Source: Phaeosaccion multiseriatum
Lineage: Eukaryota; Protista; Ochrophyta, other classes
Direction: 5' to 3'
Assembly (NCBI GenBank): GCA_965112735.1
Contig: OZ218953.1
Coordinates: forward strand, 2,356,001 to 2,420,000
DNA: 64,000 bases
Below are positions 30,818 through 43,016 of the stretch, one piece after another. Positions within the stretch are counted from its first letter, which is position 1; each line of letters begins with the position of its first letter. The notes under the pieces are model-generated. The model ran no database searches and had not been told where the DNA came from. It saw only the letters and a list, made by a program, of their open reading frames with translations. Position numbers and translations under genes: made by a program.

Positions 30818-33404
30818 CTCTGGAGAGGGTTTCAAGTGTACCTCACCAAGAGACGACAGACAGATAAAAGTCTCCTCACTGATTGCGTTGTTTGTGGTCC
30901 GTGTCTGTGCGTCTGTCACTGCTGTCTTTCCCACGGTATGCGTCACATGCATGCTCACATACATGCATACATTGTGTGTCACAGGTTGGCTGCGAGGTAC
31001 ATCTCCTCCACGCCGTGGTGCTCTTGTTTCGAGAATTGGACCCCGATATCGTCACCGGGTTCGAAACCGTCAAGGGTAGCCTGGGCTACATCCTGGACAG
31101 GGCCAAGCAGCTCAGGAGGGAGGAGGAGGAGGAGGAGGAGAAGGAGCGCAAGACGGGGGGGGAAGGGGGGTACGGATGTGCCGGAGCTCTCGGAGCTCTG
31201 TCTGCTCTGGACCTACCGAGGCTGCTGTCGCGGTGAGGGGCGGTGCAACGGGGGGGGGGGGAGGGGAGGGAGAGAAGAGAGGAGTAAGAGGGACGGAGAG
31301 AGTGAGGAAAATGAAAGAGGAGAGCGCGAGAGAAGGAGAGAGGGAGAGAGCAGAGCAAGAGAGGGAGCGAAGAGGAAAGAGAGGGAGAGCGAGACTGTGA
31401 CATCCTCGTCCCTCTGCCCCCCCCCCCCTTCCCCCCGCCAGGACGCCCTTCCTGAGCCCCCCTCCCGTCCGCGAGGAGGCATTGGCCGCCGACGCTGTGC
31501 TCGCCCTGAATGGCCGATCGGTGCGTGTATGCTTGTGTGTGTGGATGGGTGGGGTGCAATGTGCAATGTGCATATGTGTGTGCACATGTGTGCGTGTGTG
31601 TGCATGCGTACGTGATGTGGAGGAGAGGGGTTAGGAAGCTCTCTATAAGCACCCGTGCGTACTTGGTGCCTCAGTCCATGTGGAGGTGTATGTGTCCCTG
31701 ATGAGAAAGAAGCCGTTGCTGTGTGCCTAGCCGTAGCCTCTGTTGAGAAGGAAGCCAAACCCTTCCCTTTGGACCCACATCTCTGCGCTGACCTCTCCAT
31801 CTGCTGCGTGTGCACACGTTCCCCGTAATCCACCATGTCATGACAACCCCACTCAACACAACACAACACCACCTGGCCACGCTACGCAACACCTGCCTGC
31901 CCTGCCTGCCCTGCCTGCCCTGCCTGCCCTGCCTACCCTGCCTGCCCTGCCTGCAGGTGCTCAACGCTCAACATGTCCTTTCGAAGGAGTTGAAGGTAAG
32001 CCTCACTTCCATCCAGCCATGTCCCTGTCTGCCTGCCTCTTGAGAGTGCCTTCTGCGGTGCCACCATATTTCTCTCCCTCCGACCCGCCCTCACACCACT
32101 ACCTGCCTCATACTTCCCTCTCACCCGCACGCACGTACTCACACACGCACTCACGCACTCACGCACGCACTCACCCATGCACCCTCTCCCTCCCTAGCTG
32201 TGGAGCTACACCCTGGAGAATGTGGCCCAGCACGTACTTGGGATAGCGATACCGTCTTTCAGCCCAGCCGCCGAGTCTCGGGCCTTTCTTCGAGGGGGTA
32301 GGCTCCAATGGGAGCCACTGCGGCGGTGAGTGCGTTAGTGCGTGAGTGCGTAAGTGCGTAAGTGCGTGAATGAATGCGTGTGTATGTACGTGCGTGCGTG
32401 CGTTGAGGGAAGCTGTATGGGCACACAGAGGCACGGGTTTAGCAACAAGTACACGACCTCGCTCGCCTCTGGTCCCTCGAGTCCTGCACCATGTTGCGGC
32501 AGTACAATGTGCGGCGGACGGCCTCCGTAAGAAGGCTAATAAGGAGAGAGGGGAAGGGAGGGGGGTGTCCTCCCTCATCAACATCATCGCATTCTGACCT
32601 CTTCTTCCTTCCCTCTCGCATGCTTTCGGGCATGTGTGTATGTGTGTGTGCGTGCTCCTTTACAGGCTGCTCTCTCGCGCCAAGCTGACACTGGATATTC
32701 TGGACAAGGACGGCTGGTTCGCTCGCACCTGCGCCTTCGCCAGCATCTACGGTATAGACGTCAGCGATTGGTACAGAGGCTCGCAGTTCAGGTCAGTACC
32801 ACCAACTGCTGTATCACCAATTACGAACGCCAAATCGAACGAGTGTGAAGCGACAAGCATTGCTATTCCCACATCCCCTCCCTCCTCCCCTATGCCCCCA
32901 AACCCCCCCCCCCCTCCCCCTCCGTCCACTGCCATCCATCCACCCCTCCTCTCAGAGTTGAGTCAGTGATGCTCCCTCTAGCCAAAAGCCTCAACTTCGT
33001 GGCTCTCTCCCCCTCCCGCAAGGACGTGTCCTCCCAGCCTGCCCTGGCGCAGCGGCCGCTTAACATGGAGCCCCTCACCTCCTTCTACACCGACCCCGTC
33101 ATCGTACTTGACTATCAGGTAGGGTAGGAGAGAGTGGGGTGGGGTAGGGTAGGGTAGGGTAGGGTAGGGTAGGGTAGGGTAGGGTAGGGTAGGGTAGGGT
33201 AGGGTAGGGTAGGGTAGGGTAGGGTAGGGTAGGATAGGGTAGGGTAGGATAGGATAGGGTAGGGTAGGGTAGGGTAGGGTATAGGGTACGGTACAGTATG
33301 GTGCAGTGCGGTACGTTACATTCAGGGGAGGGCTGCCTCTTCCCGCTGCTCGCCTTTCTCTCTTCATGGACACAGGCTGCGGCTGCGGCTGCGGCTGCGG
33401 CTGC

Positions 33405-33435
<31 letters not shown>

Positions 33436-34423
33436 ACTGCTGCTGCTGCTGCTACTGCTACTGCTGCTTGCTCCTGTGACTATGTGTCTGACTCGACTCC
33501 CATCCCTCACCTCCCTCCTGGATCCGAACGAGTAGAGCCTATACCCGAGCATCATGATCGCATACAACATGTGCTACTCCACCATGCTGGGCTGCCTCAA
33601 GCCCGACAGGACCGTCTGCGAAGACATTGGGGACGGGGGGTCGTCCGCGGCGGGGGAGGAGGAGGAGGGAGGAGGAGAAGGAGGCGGAGGAGGAAGGGGG
33701 GGAGGGGGGGGAGGAGTGGGAGGAGAGGGAAGAGGGGGAGGAAGGGGAGTGGGCAAGCGCTATCGACGGCGGCATTCCACGCACCAGAGGCTGGGATGTA
33801 TGGGCTACAGCGTGGGGAAGAGCGCAGCGGCCTTCAGGGAGGCCGCGAGAAGCAGTGGAAGTAGGGCACTTGGTAGTACAGGAGCAGCAGCAGCAGCAGC
33901 AACAGATGGTGATACATCAGCAGCAGTGGCGATGTCTCGCCCTTCACCCTCTCTTTCTTCGCCGGTGTCTTCTTGCCCTGAGCTTGCAACGGCTTCCCAG
34001 ACAACTTCCCAGAAAACGCCCGTGAAAACTCCGCAGAGAGCGGCAAAGAAGGGCGGCAGGGAGGGGGCATCATCGTCGCAGTCTTCTGCCTTTGAGCGCG
34101 AGGAAGGTCCGCAGGAACGGCACAAGAACAAGCGGGAGGGTAATACGGTAGCAGGGAGGGGAGGACAGCAGCAGCAGCAGCAGCCACAGCAGCAGCAGCA
34201 GGAGGAGGAGGCGGAGGAGAGGGAGGAGAAGGAGGAGGGAAGACACTCCACTCCTCGCTCATGCCGAGAGCCATGTCCATCGCCCTCCTCCTCGCTCCAG
34301 TCAGGGACTTCAGGAGGGTACCGGCCGTATCAACAGCAGCCTCAGTCCCCGCCTTATACGCAACCCTCTCCACAGTCAAGTCGCTCTCCTCTGCCTCCTC
34401 TGCATCCTCACCGAGGAGGAGGA

Positions 34424-34454
<31 letters not shown>

Positions 34455-37400
34455 GAGGAGGAGGAGGAGGAGCAGGAGGAGGAGCAGGAGGAGCAGGAGG
34501 AGCAGGAGCAGGAGGAGGAGGAAGCCCTGGCTGGGGTGTCAGTGGCATTGGTGACTCCGGCACCAGTGGCAGGATAGGCTTTGGCAGCAGCGGCGTCAGC
34601 TGGGGAGGGAGTCACGATGGACACAGTCCTAAGGGGCAAGACCCTCCTCCTCCCACCATTCCAGACGGCTGCTTCATTGCCCCCAACGGGCTGGTGTTCT
34701 GTCGCCACGAGCAGCGCAAGGGCGTACTGGTGGCGATGCTTCGGCAGCTCCTGCAGCTGAGAGTGGCCATCAAGGGTTCTATCAAGCAAGCCGCCAAGCG
34801 CAAAGAGAGGGAGGTGAGTGTTGTCGTGCGGCGGAAGAGGAGAGAGAGGGAGAGGTGGATGTGGTAGGTTGGCGGTGTGGCGGTGTGGCGGTGTGGCGGT
34901 GTGGCGGTGTGGCGGTGTGGCGGTGCTAGGCTCGTAGCCAGGACGTGAGGCGGAAGGAGAGAGAGGGGGGCGGGGAAGAGGGCATTGGTTGGGTGTGGCG
35001 GTGTCGTAGGTGGGACAACATGGAGGTGGTAGTCACACAGTGTGCTGGGGTAGTGGCACAAGGACAAGGTAGTGCTGGGGTAGTGGCACGAGGACAGGAC
35101 GAGAGGGTCACGTGCGACGAAGGAAGCGCGTGCCTGCAGGAGACACCTTGCTCATCCTTGACTGCCTCCTGCCTTCCTGCCTTCCTGCCTCCTGCCTTCG
35201 TCACACACCTCCCTTCCGTGCCTTCCCCCTCCCTCCCTCCCTTCCTCCCCTCCATCTCCTTGCCTCCCTCCCCTCCCTCCCTCGCTATCCCTCGCAGCTC
35301 GTGCGGATGCTCGACGCTCGTCAACTCGCCATCAAGCTGCTCTTAAACGTGACCTACGGTTACACCTCAGCATCCTTCACAGGCCGTATGCCTTGCTCTG
35401 ACCTGGCAGACGCCATCGTATCTACGGGAAGGGCGACGCTGGAGCACGCCAAGAGAAGCATCGAGGAAACATGGGGCCTTAAGACTATTTACGGCGACAC
35501 GGACTCGCTCTTCGTACACGCCAAGGTAGTTGCATGGGAGAGGTGCCAGTGGGTGGTAGTGGGCGGTGGTGGATGGCAGTGGATGGCAGCGATGGGAATG
35601 GATATCACAGGGCAGGAGTGAAGGTGATCCTCCTTTGCACATTGCCTCGGACGGGAAACCATTCTCATTCCGTGCTGGCAATGTGCCGCTGCTGTCGCTG
35701 ACCCAGCAATGTGCCCACCTCGCCATACCTCTTCCCCTCCCCTCCCCCCTCCCTCCCTCTCTCTCTCCCTGCCTTTCTCCCCTCTCTTCTCTCTCCCCCC
35801 TCTCTTGCTCCCTCCCCTCTCTCCCTTTCCTCACTCCCCCGCTACACACGCACCCAAATGATGTACACGCACGAACGTCAAACACCCGCACTCACGGACC
35901 CGTCCTCACCCTCCCCTCCTTCCCCCAAACACACACACCCATTGACTTACTATCCTCCCCCAGGGTTACTCCGTGGAGGGTGCCATTGCCCTGGGCAAGC
36001 ACATTGCCGGGGCAATATCCTCTACCTCCCCCAAGGATGTGGTGCTCAAGTTCGAGAAGGTGTATTGCCCCTTCCTGCCCGTTGCCAAGAAGCGTTATAC
36101 GGGGAGGAAGTACGAGGAGTGGAGGTTGGTGGGCAGCGGCAGCAGCAGCAGAGGGCTGAGGGGTGGGGGGTTTCGTTTGACGAGGGCCTTAGGAGGAGGA
36201 GGGGGAGGAGCGGCAGAAGGAGGGCGAGGAGGGGCCTTAGGAGGAGGACGAGGAGGAGGAGGAGGAGGAGGAGGAGGAGGAGGAGAAGGAGGCGGTCACT
36301 TTGAGGTGAAAGGCCTGGAGGTTGTCCGACGCGACAACTGCCCCCTCACGGTCAAGGTGATGGAGCAGTGCCTGCGCATGCTCTTCGATAAGCCCCCTGT
36401 GGACCTGTCCGAGGTGAAGCTCTTCCTGTGGCGGCAGTGGACGAGGATCCTTCAAGGGAGAGGTGAGGAGGCGAGGGAAGGAGGAAGGGAGGCGGAGGGA
36501 GGGAAAAGAGGAGGGAGGGAGGGAGGGAGGGAGGGAGGGAGGGAGGGAGGGAGGGAGGGAGGGAAGGAGGGAAGGAGGGAGGGAGGCGCAGGCATCGATA
36601 CATCTACTTGCTGCGTTGACCCGGAGTGGTGTTCTCGACTCCGGCAAAGGGCACTGTCGCCCCGCCCCGCCCAGTCACACCAACAGGCTAAGCCTTCCCC
36701 CTCGCCTTGCTCTTGGACGAGCCGCGTCAGAAGAGAGAGATGCCAGAGATCCGGCGCCTGCACTAATCTCCCTCTCTCTCTCTCTCGCTCTCTCGCCCTC
36801 TCCTCCCCTTCCCCTCCCCCTCCCTCTGCCCCTCCCCTCCTCCCCGAACCCATCCTTCCCATCATGCTCTCAGCCGGCTACATGGACTTCATCTTCTCGC
36901 CTCCCGTGCGCTTTGGCAAGTACAAGAGCGCTGATAACATCCCCCCCGCCGCCTGCGTGGCTCAGCGTAAGATGCTCCGGGACCCTCGGGCCGCCCCTCT
37001 GTACGGAGAGAGGGTGCCTTACGTCGTGATCACGGGGACGCGCTCCAATCTCAAGGAGCTCTGCCGGAGTCCTGAAGAAGTAAGTCAATGAGTCCAGAAG
37101 AAGTAAGTCAATGAGTCCAGAAGAAGTAAGTCAATGAGTCCAGAAGAAGTAAGTCTATGAGTCCAGAAGAAGTAAGTCAATGAGTCCAGAAGAAGTAAGT
37201 CAATGAGTCCAGAAGAAGTAGTCAATGAGTCCAGAAGAAGTAAGTCAATGAGTCCAGAAGAAGTAAGTCTATGAGTCCAGAAGTAAGTCAAGTCAAGTCC
37301 AAAGAAGTAAGTCGATGAGTCCAGAAGAAGTAGGTCGATGCTTGTGTGTGCGTATTTGCGTGTGTGTGTGTGCTGTGTGTGTCTGTGCGTGCGTGTGTGC

Positions 37401-39779
37401 GTGCGTGCGTTCGTGCGTGCAGCGCAAGCAAGCTCAGATTGCGCAGCCCCCCCCCTCTTAGTCCAGGCACCTCCTCCCTCCCCTCGCCCTCCCCCCCCCC
37501 GGCTGCCTATCCACACGATCACCATCCACTGCCATCCCCCTGAAGGTGATGGCCCCCGACAGCCCCATGTCTCTGAACAGTACATACTACATCAACAAGG
37601 CCATCCTGGCCCCTCTGGACAGGCTCTTTGGTATCCTGGGGATCAATATCAAGGAGTGGTATGAGGAGATGCCCAAGCCCACGGTGGGTGGAGGTGTACA
37701 GGGCATGGCAGTAGACACGGGGCCGGGTAGCGCAAGTTTTTATCTAACCTATACACCTACCACACCCCCGCAATCTTACGTACGGCTTGGCGCGCAACAT
37801 AAAAGTACTCCCAGGGGTGAAGGGCGGGAGTTAAACGCCCATTCCACAGACTCCTATTTCGTAGCGCGTAGCCTTGTCTTCGTTGGGGCTCTTGACTCCA
37901 TACAGACCCGGGTAGCGGGGGAGGGTGTGGCTGGGGGGGTGGCTCGAGCGCTGGAGAGGACGAGGTCAAGTGAGACTGACTCAACTCGTGTCTTATTGTG
38001 TGTGTGTGCGTGTGTGTGCTTGTGTGTGTGTGTGTGTGTGTGTGCGTGTGTGTGTGTGTGTGTGTGCGTGCAGGTGTGTCCGGTCCGTCTTCCCGGAAGG
38101 ACCGGCAGGAGCAGAGGCCGATCTCGGGGACAGCAGCAGATCACAAGCTTCCTCAACTCCGTCAGGTGAGCGATCGATCCAGAGGGTCGGACATGCAGGC
38201 AGACAAACAGGCAGGCAGGCAGGCGGACAGGCAGGCACAAGGATAGAGCGCAAGTTGAAGTTCAAGTCCGCACACATAAGGATAGAGGGCAAGTTGAAGT
38301 TCAAGTCCGCTGTTTTAGTCTCAGCGGCCGTGCTGTTCCCTATCACCTTGCTCGCATGACCCCCCGGGGGGCTCCCACTCCCGGGGGGCTCTCCCGCGAA
38401 GTCGTCCCTGCCCGTGTGCTTACCACCCCCTTCCTCCCTCTCCTCCCCTCCCCTCCCCTCCCCTCCCCTCCCCTCCCCTCCCCTCGCCTCACCCCCCCCC
38501 ACCCCACCCTTCTCTCAGCTGTCTCCTGTGCGGTGGGGTGTGCCGCGGTGGGTCCTGCCTGTGCGAGGCGTGCAAGAGCACTCCCATCCTCTCCTTCATG
38601 ACAGCGCAGAGCAAGGGGAGGGCCGTGGACAAGGCCGCACAGCAGCACCGCCAGATTTGCAGGTGAGGCGGCTCGTATACCTCCATACGTCTGCCTGCCT
38701 GCCTTCCTGCCTGCCTGCCTGCCTGCCTGCCTACCTGCCTGCCTACCTGCCTGCCTTCCTGCCTGCCTGCCTTCCAGCCTGCCTGCCTGCCTACCTGCCC
38801 GCCTGCCTCTCTGCCTGCCTGCCTGCCTGCCTGCCGGCCTGCCTGCCTGCCTACCTGCCCGCCTGCCTCTCTGCCTGCCTGCCGGCCTGCCTGCCTGTCT
38901 GCCTGCCTGCCTGCCTGCCTGCCTGCCTACCTGCCTGCTTTCCTGCCTACCTGCCTGCCTACCTGCCTGCCCGCCTGCCTGCCTACCTGCCTGCCTGCCT
39001 GCCAGCATGCCTGCCTGCCTGCCTACCTGCCTACCTGCCTGCCTGTCTGTCTGCCTGCCCTGCCTGTCTACCTTGTGAGGATGGATCGTCATCACCCTGT
39101 ACCTGACACCTTGTACCTGACACCTTGTACCTGACTCCCACCCCCGAGTCCCTGATGCCATTCCTTCGTCCCATGCGCGTCTCTTCGGCGGTGACGGAGG
39201 ACTTTACACACATGTCTTCTGCCTCACACTCCTTCTCTTCTCGTGGGGCAATTCCTTCGCTCGCTTGGGGTACTGCAGGCAATGCGTTGGGGGGCCATTG
39301 GGGCCCACCAACGCGACCACCCTAGAGGAGCAGCAGTTGGTGATACAGCAGCAGACACCAGGTAGCCGCCTCTCGGCTCCCGGCTCTGCTGCGGTGCCTC
39401 TTACCATGTCTCCGTCGCCCTCCATCCCTCCTGGAGATGACACCCTGGGCCCGTGGCGTGTGGCTGAGTGGCTGGGGCCTGACACGTGCGCGTCTCTGGC
39501 GTGCCCCGTCATGTTCAGTCGGTGCAGCAATCAGGTGTGTGTGTGGGTGTGTGTGTGTGTGAGTGAGTGTGTGTGTGTTAAGCCATCAAGAGGTCTCTGC
39601 TGATGATTATGACATCTGTCGCGTGTGTCGTGTGTGTGTGTGTGTGTGTGTGTGTGTCTGTGTGTGTGTGTCCTCTGAACAGGTGAGCGGCGGCGAGGTG
39701 GAAGAGATATATGCCGCCCTCACTGCCCTCGTGCAACAAGGCGGCACAGCAGCAGTAGCAAGCAGCAACAGCAGTTGGT

Positions 39780-39781
<2 letters not shown>
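22525..39781 (+). CDS. REV3: DNA polymerase zeta catalytic subunit (family B), multi-exon, with very large low-complexity insertions
   Basis: N-terminal VWGTTLEGQKVLVNVHGVF and FAVFEAHL...QFRADYNI; VSIEVHA...PDPAKDPI; DPDIVTGFE; YRGSQFRVES; motif A VLDYQSLYPSIMIAYNMCYST; motif B KLLLNVTYGYTSASFTGRMPC; motif C YGDTDSLF; KKRYTG; VKGLEVVRRD; ERVPYVV; C-terminal Cys clusters. Confidence 0.95.
33119..33290 (+). repeat. (GTAGG)n intronic repeat starting at a 5' splice site
   Basis: CAG|GTAGGGTAGG... tandem pentamer. Confidence 0.9.
37067..37339 (+). repeat. 23-bp tandem repeat (about 12 copies) spanning a REV3 exon/intron junction
   Basis: Unit GAGTCCAGAAGAA|GTAAGTCAAT; the first donor GT is at 37080. 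Confidence 0.95.
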
Positions 39782-39810
<29 letters not shown>

Positions 39811-39924
39811 GTGGTGATAGAGCAATCGGAGCATTGCCCACCCAGCGCCAGGCCGACAGGGGCAGGGGAAGGAGCAGGGGCAGGAGAACCTTCCTCCTTC
39901 CCCGCCCGACTTCTCTCGGCGCGC

Positions 39925-40063
39925 TCCTCTATGGATGCTCCTATATGGATGCTCCTCTATGGATACTCCTCTATGGATGCTCCTCTATGGATGCTCCTCT
40001 ATGGATGCTCGTCTATGGATGCTCCTCTATGGATGCTCCTCTATGGATGCTCCTCTATGGATG
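39925..40063. repeat. 14-bp tandem repeat (CCTCTATGGATGCT)n in the REV3 3' region
   Basis: About 10 direct copies. Confidence 0.93.
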
Positions 40064-40539
40064 TCGCCTGTCACGGATATCCGCGCCGGCCACGCAGTAG
40101 CAGCAGCAGCAGCCGCAGAGGATCAAGAGGACTTGTTGTGTTCCGTCTTACGGTGGCGGCTGGTTGACTGAGTGGCGGGTACTCGATTAATCCTTTCTTT
40201 CATGTAAAAAGTATTTGTATAAAATGTAAGTTCATCACTATATATTATATGTATGTTGCTGCTGCTGCTGCTGCTGTATCACCAACTTCTGCTGCTACAT
40301 CGCGCCTTGCCATACCATGCCCACACGGTGCTGAGCATGTCCCTACCGCCGCACCTCTTGCTCTTCACCCTTCCGCCTCCCCCCCGCCCCCTCCCTCGTC
40401 CTGTTCCTCCAATCCTTAAAGCCGCACAGGGCACGCCATCAGGGGCCGTATCTGCCCCTCGTGCACGCAAGCACACACAGCTCCCCGTCCCGACAACGTG
40501 CCGACTCCTCCTCTTCACTATGCTTGCCACTCCACATGC

Positions 40540-42948
40540 TCAATGCGCACTACTACCACTGCTCCCTCCACTGCCATCCCCGTCCCCTCCACTGCCATCC
40601 CCGTCCCCTCCACTGCCATCTCCATCCCGAAATAGACTCCGAAGCGGGCCTAACTCCCCAAGAAAGGCCTCGGCAGCCCTCTCCGCCTCTATGGCGCTCT
40701 CCTTCACGAGCTTGTCGGCCAGCGCGGCATCCACTACCATCCGTGCTCCTTCTTCCTTCAGCACCTCAGCCACAACCGCCGCCACAGCCTCTTTGGTGAC
40801 TCCAGCAGAAGCAGTAGCACTACCACCCGCCTGCGATGAGCTCGCTAGCCGCAGCTTCTCCTCCTCCTCCTCCTCCTCCTCCCTCTTCCTCTGCGCAGCA
40901 ACCCTCCGCCGGCGAGCCACCTCTTCCAGCACCGCCGCCTCCGCCTCCTTGGTCAGCTCGTCCCTCTCTCTCCACGCCCTCTCTCTCTGCGCCTGCACCG
41001 TCATCTCCTGCCACTGCTGCTGCCACTGCTGATGCCTCCGTCTCCGCTCCTGCCCCTGCCGCTGTCCCCTCTGTCCCCTCTGTCCCCGCCTCTGCTTGTC
41101 GCGAGCGCTGCCCCTGCGTGGCTGCGAGGGCGGAGAGGAGGAGGAGCCTTCTTGACGCACTTGGCCTTTCATGAAGGAGAGAAGCTCCTTCGCCTGCGTG
41201 AGTGCGTGCGTGTGTGCGTGGAATGAGAGTGAGGGAAGGCATGGTGATGATATATATGTAAGTGCGTCGTGATCGTGTGTGGGTAAGTCAGCGAGCATGA
41301 CAGGTGTGGTATGGAAAGTTCCAAAGGTCGAGTCGACCTGCGCCTTTAACTGCGCCCAGTCACTCCCGATACGTCAGTCAAGAGTCCCTCCCCTCTACAC
41401 AGCCACACACAGAGAGAGAGACACGAACGGCCTCTCCTCCTCCTCCTTCTCATCCTTCTTCTCCTCCCCCTCCTCCTCCACCACCTTCTCCTCATCATCA
41501 TCATTCATCCTCCTCCTCCTCTTCCTCCTTCTCCTCCTCTTCCTCCTTTTCCTCCTCCTCCTCATCATCATCATCGTCATCATTCATCCTCCTCCTCCTC
41601 TTCCTTCTCTTCTCCTCTCGTCTCCATTTCTGTAACTCTACCGCGCACCTGCTCCGACTCGCCGTCCGCGCTCTCAAGAAGCGCCTGAGGTATGCAGCAG
41701 GAGCAGGGAAAGGAAGCGACAGACGCAGCAGAAACAGTGGCGATCCATCAGAGGCGATCAAGCAGAGGCAGGAGCAGCGCCAGGTCAGGGCCTCTCTCTC
41801 TCTCTATCTATTCACAGCAGTGTCTGTGTCGTCGAAAGCCCAACCATGACCCCCCCCTCCTCCTCTCCCTCTCTCTACAGTACAAGAAGAAGATGCATAT
41901 CAAGGCGAGCGACGCACACGCAAGGGGGGCAGTCTGCAGTAAACAAAACACGGCCTCCCCTAGCATCCCACTCCCCATGGGGGCTAACGTAAGTAAGCAT
42001 ACATAACGTTCATACATACCTTGGACACGATATCGTAGGTCTCCTGGTCCAGCGCGCCGCCGCCCCCTCTCCTCCGTCCACTGCCAACCCTCTCCCCCTC
42101 CCCCTCCCCTCCCTCCCCCTCCCCCTCCCCCTCCGCCTCCCTCTCCCCCTCCTCCTCCACTCCCATGAGCGCCAGTACGGTCCTCGCCCCCCCCACATCG
42201 CCTTGCTGCGCCTGAGCAGACAGCACATTGTGTAGACAGGTCCGCGAAGGAGAGTGGCCGTCCGCTGCCATCTGCTGCACCACCTCCAGGGCCCTGCGGT
42301 GTGTGCGTGTGTGTGTAGTGGGGCAGTTGGGTGTACGGGGTGGTTTACAAATGCACCAAACACTACCGAAGAGGACTAAGATACGGTGTTACTGACGATA
42401 AACGAAGTGTTCTCTTATCTGTTATCGAAGCATTCTGTTATCGAAGCATTCTGTTATCGATTTGTTCTGTTACCGAAGCATTCTGTTATCAAAGCATTCT
42501 GTCATCGAAGCATTCTGCGAGGAGGGGCGGTAGGGGCACACATCCCTGCTCTCCCGGGGGGCGGCTCTGTGGTGTTTGCCTATCTCTCCTCGGCACGTAG
42601 CCCAGTCCTCTGAACATGAAGTAGGACAGAAGTGCGGACATGATCCTCCTGCCCCGCCCCCACCCCCCCCCCCTTCCTCCCAAATTGTGACTGCGACACA
42701 CACACACATACACACACACGCACACGCACACGCACACACGCACGCACGCACACACATCGACCTCCACCCCTACCTGACGGTATGGCCTTCCGCAGCCGCA
42801 GCGGACGCGATGACGGTGTAGGAGAAGGTGTCCGGCCCCATCCTCTCCTCCCTCATTCGCTGGAGCATGTCTGCTGCCTCTGACCACTTTCCCTGCCCGC
42901 ACAAGGCGGCGATGGCGCTGCTCAGGTGGTACTTGGACGGAGACAGCC

Positions 42949-43016
<68 letters not shown>

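Noticed and set aside
33119-33290. Interstitial telomere
   Set aside because: The unit is TAGGG, not TTAGGG or TTTAGGG, and it begins at a splice donor inside REV3.
22525-39781. Viral or Polinton family-B polymerase
   Set aside because: It is intron-rich and has REV3-specific motifs (SASFTGRMPC, RGSQFRVES, C-terminal Cys clusters), with no viral neighbours.
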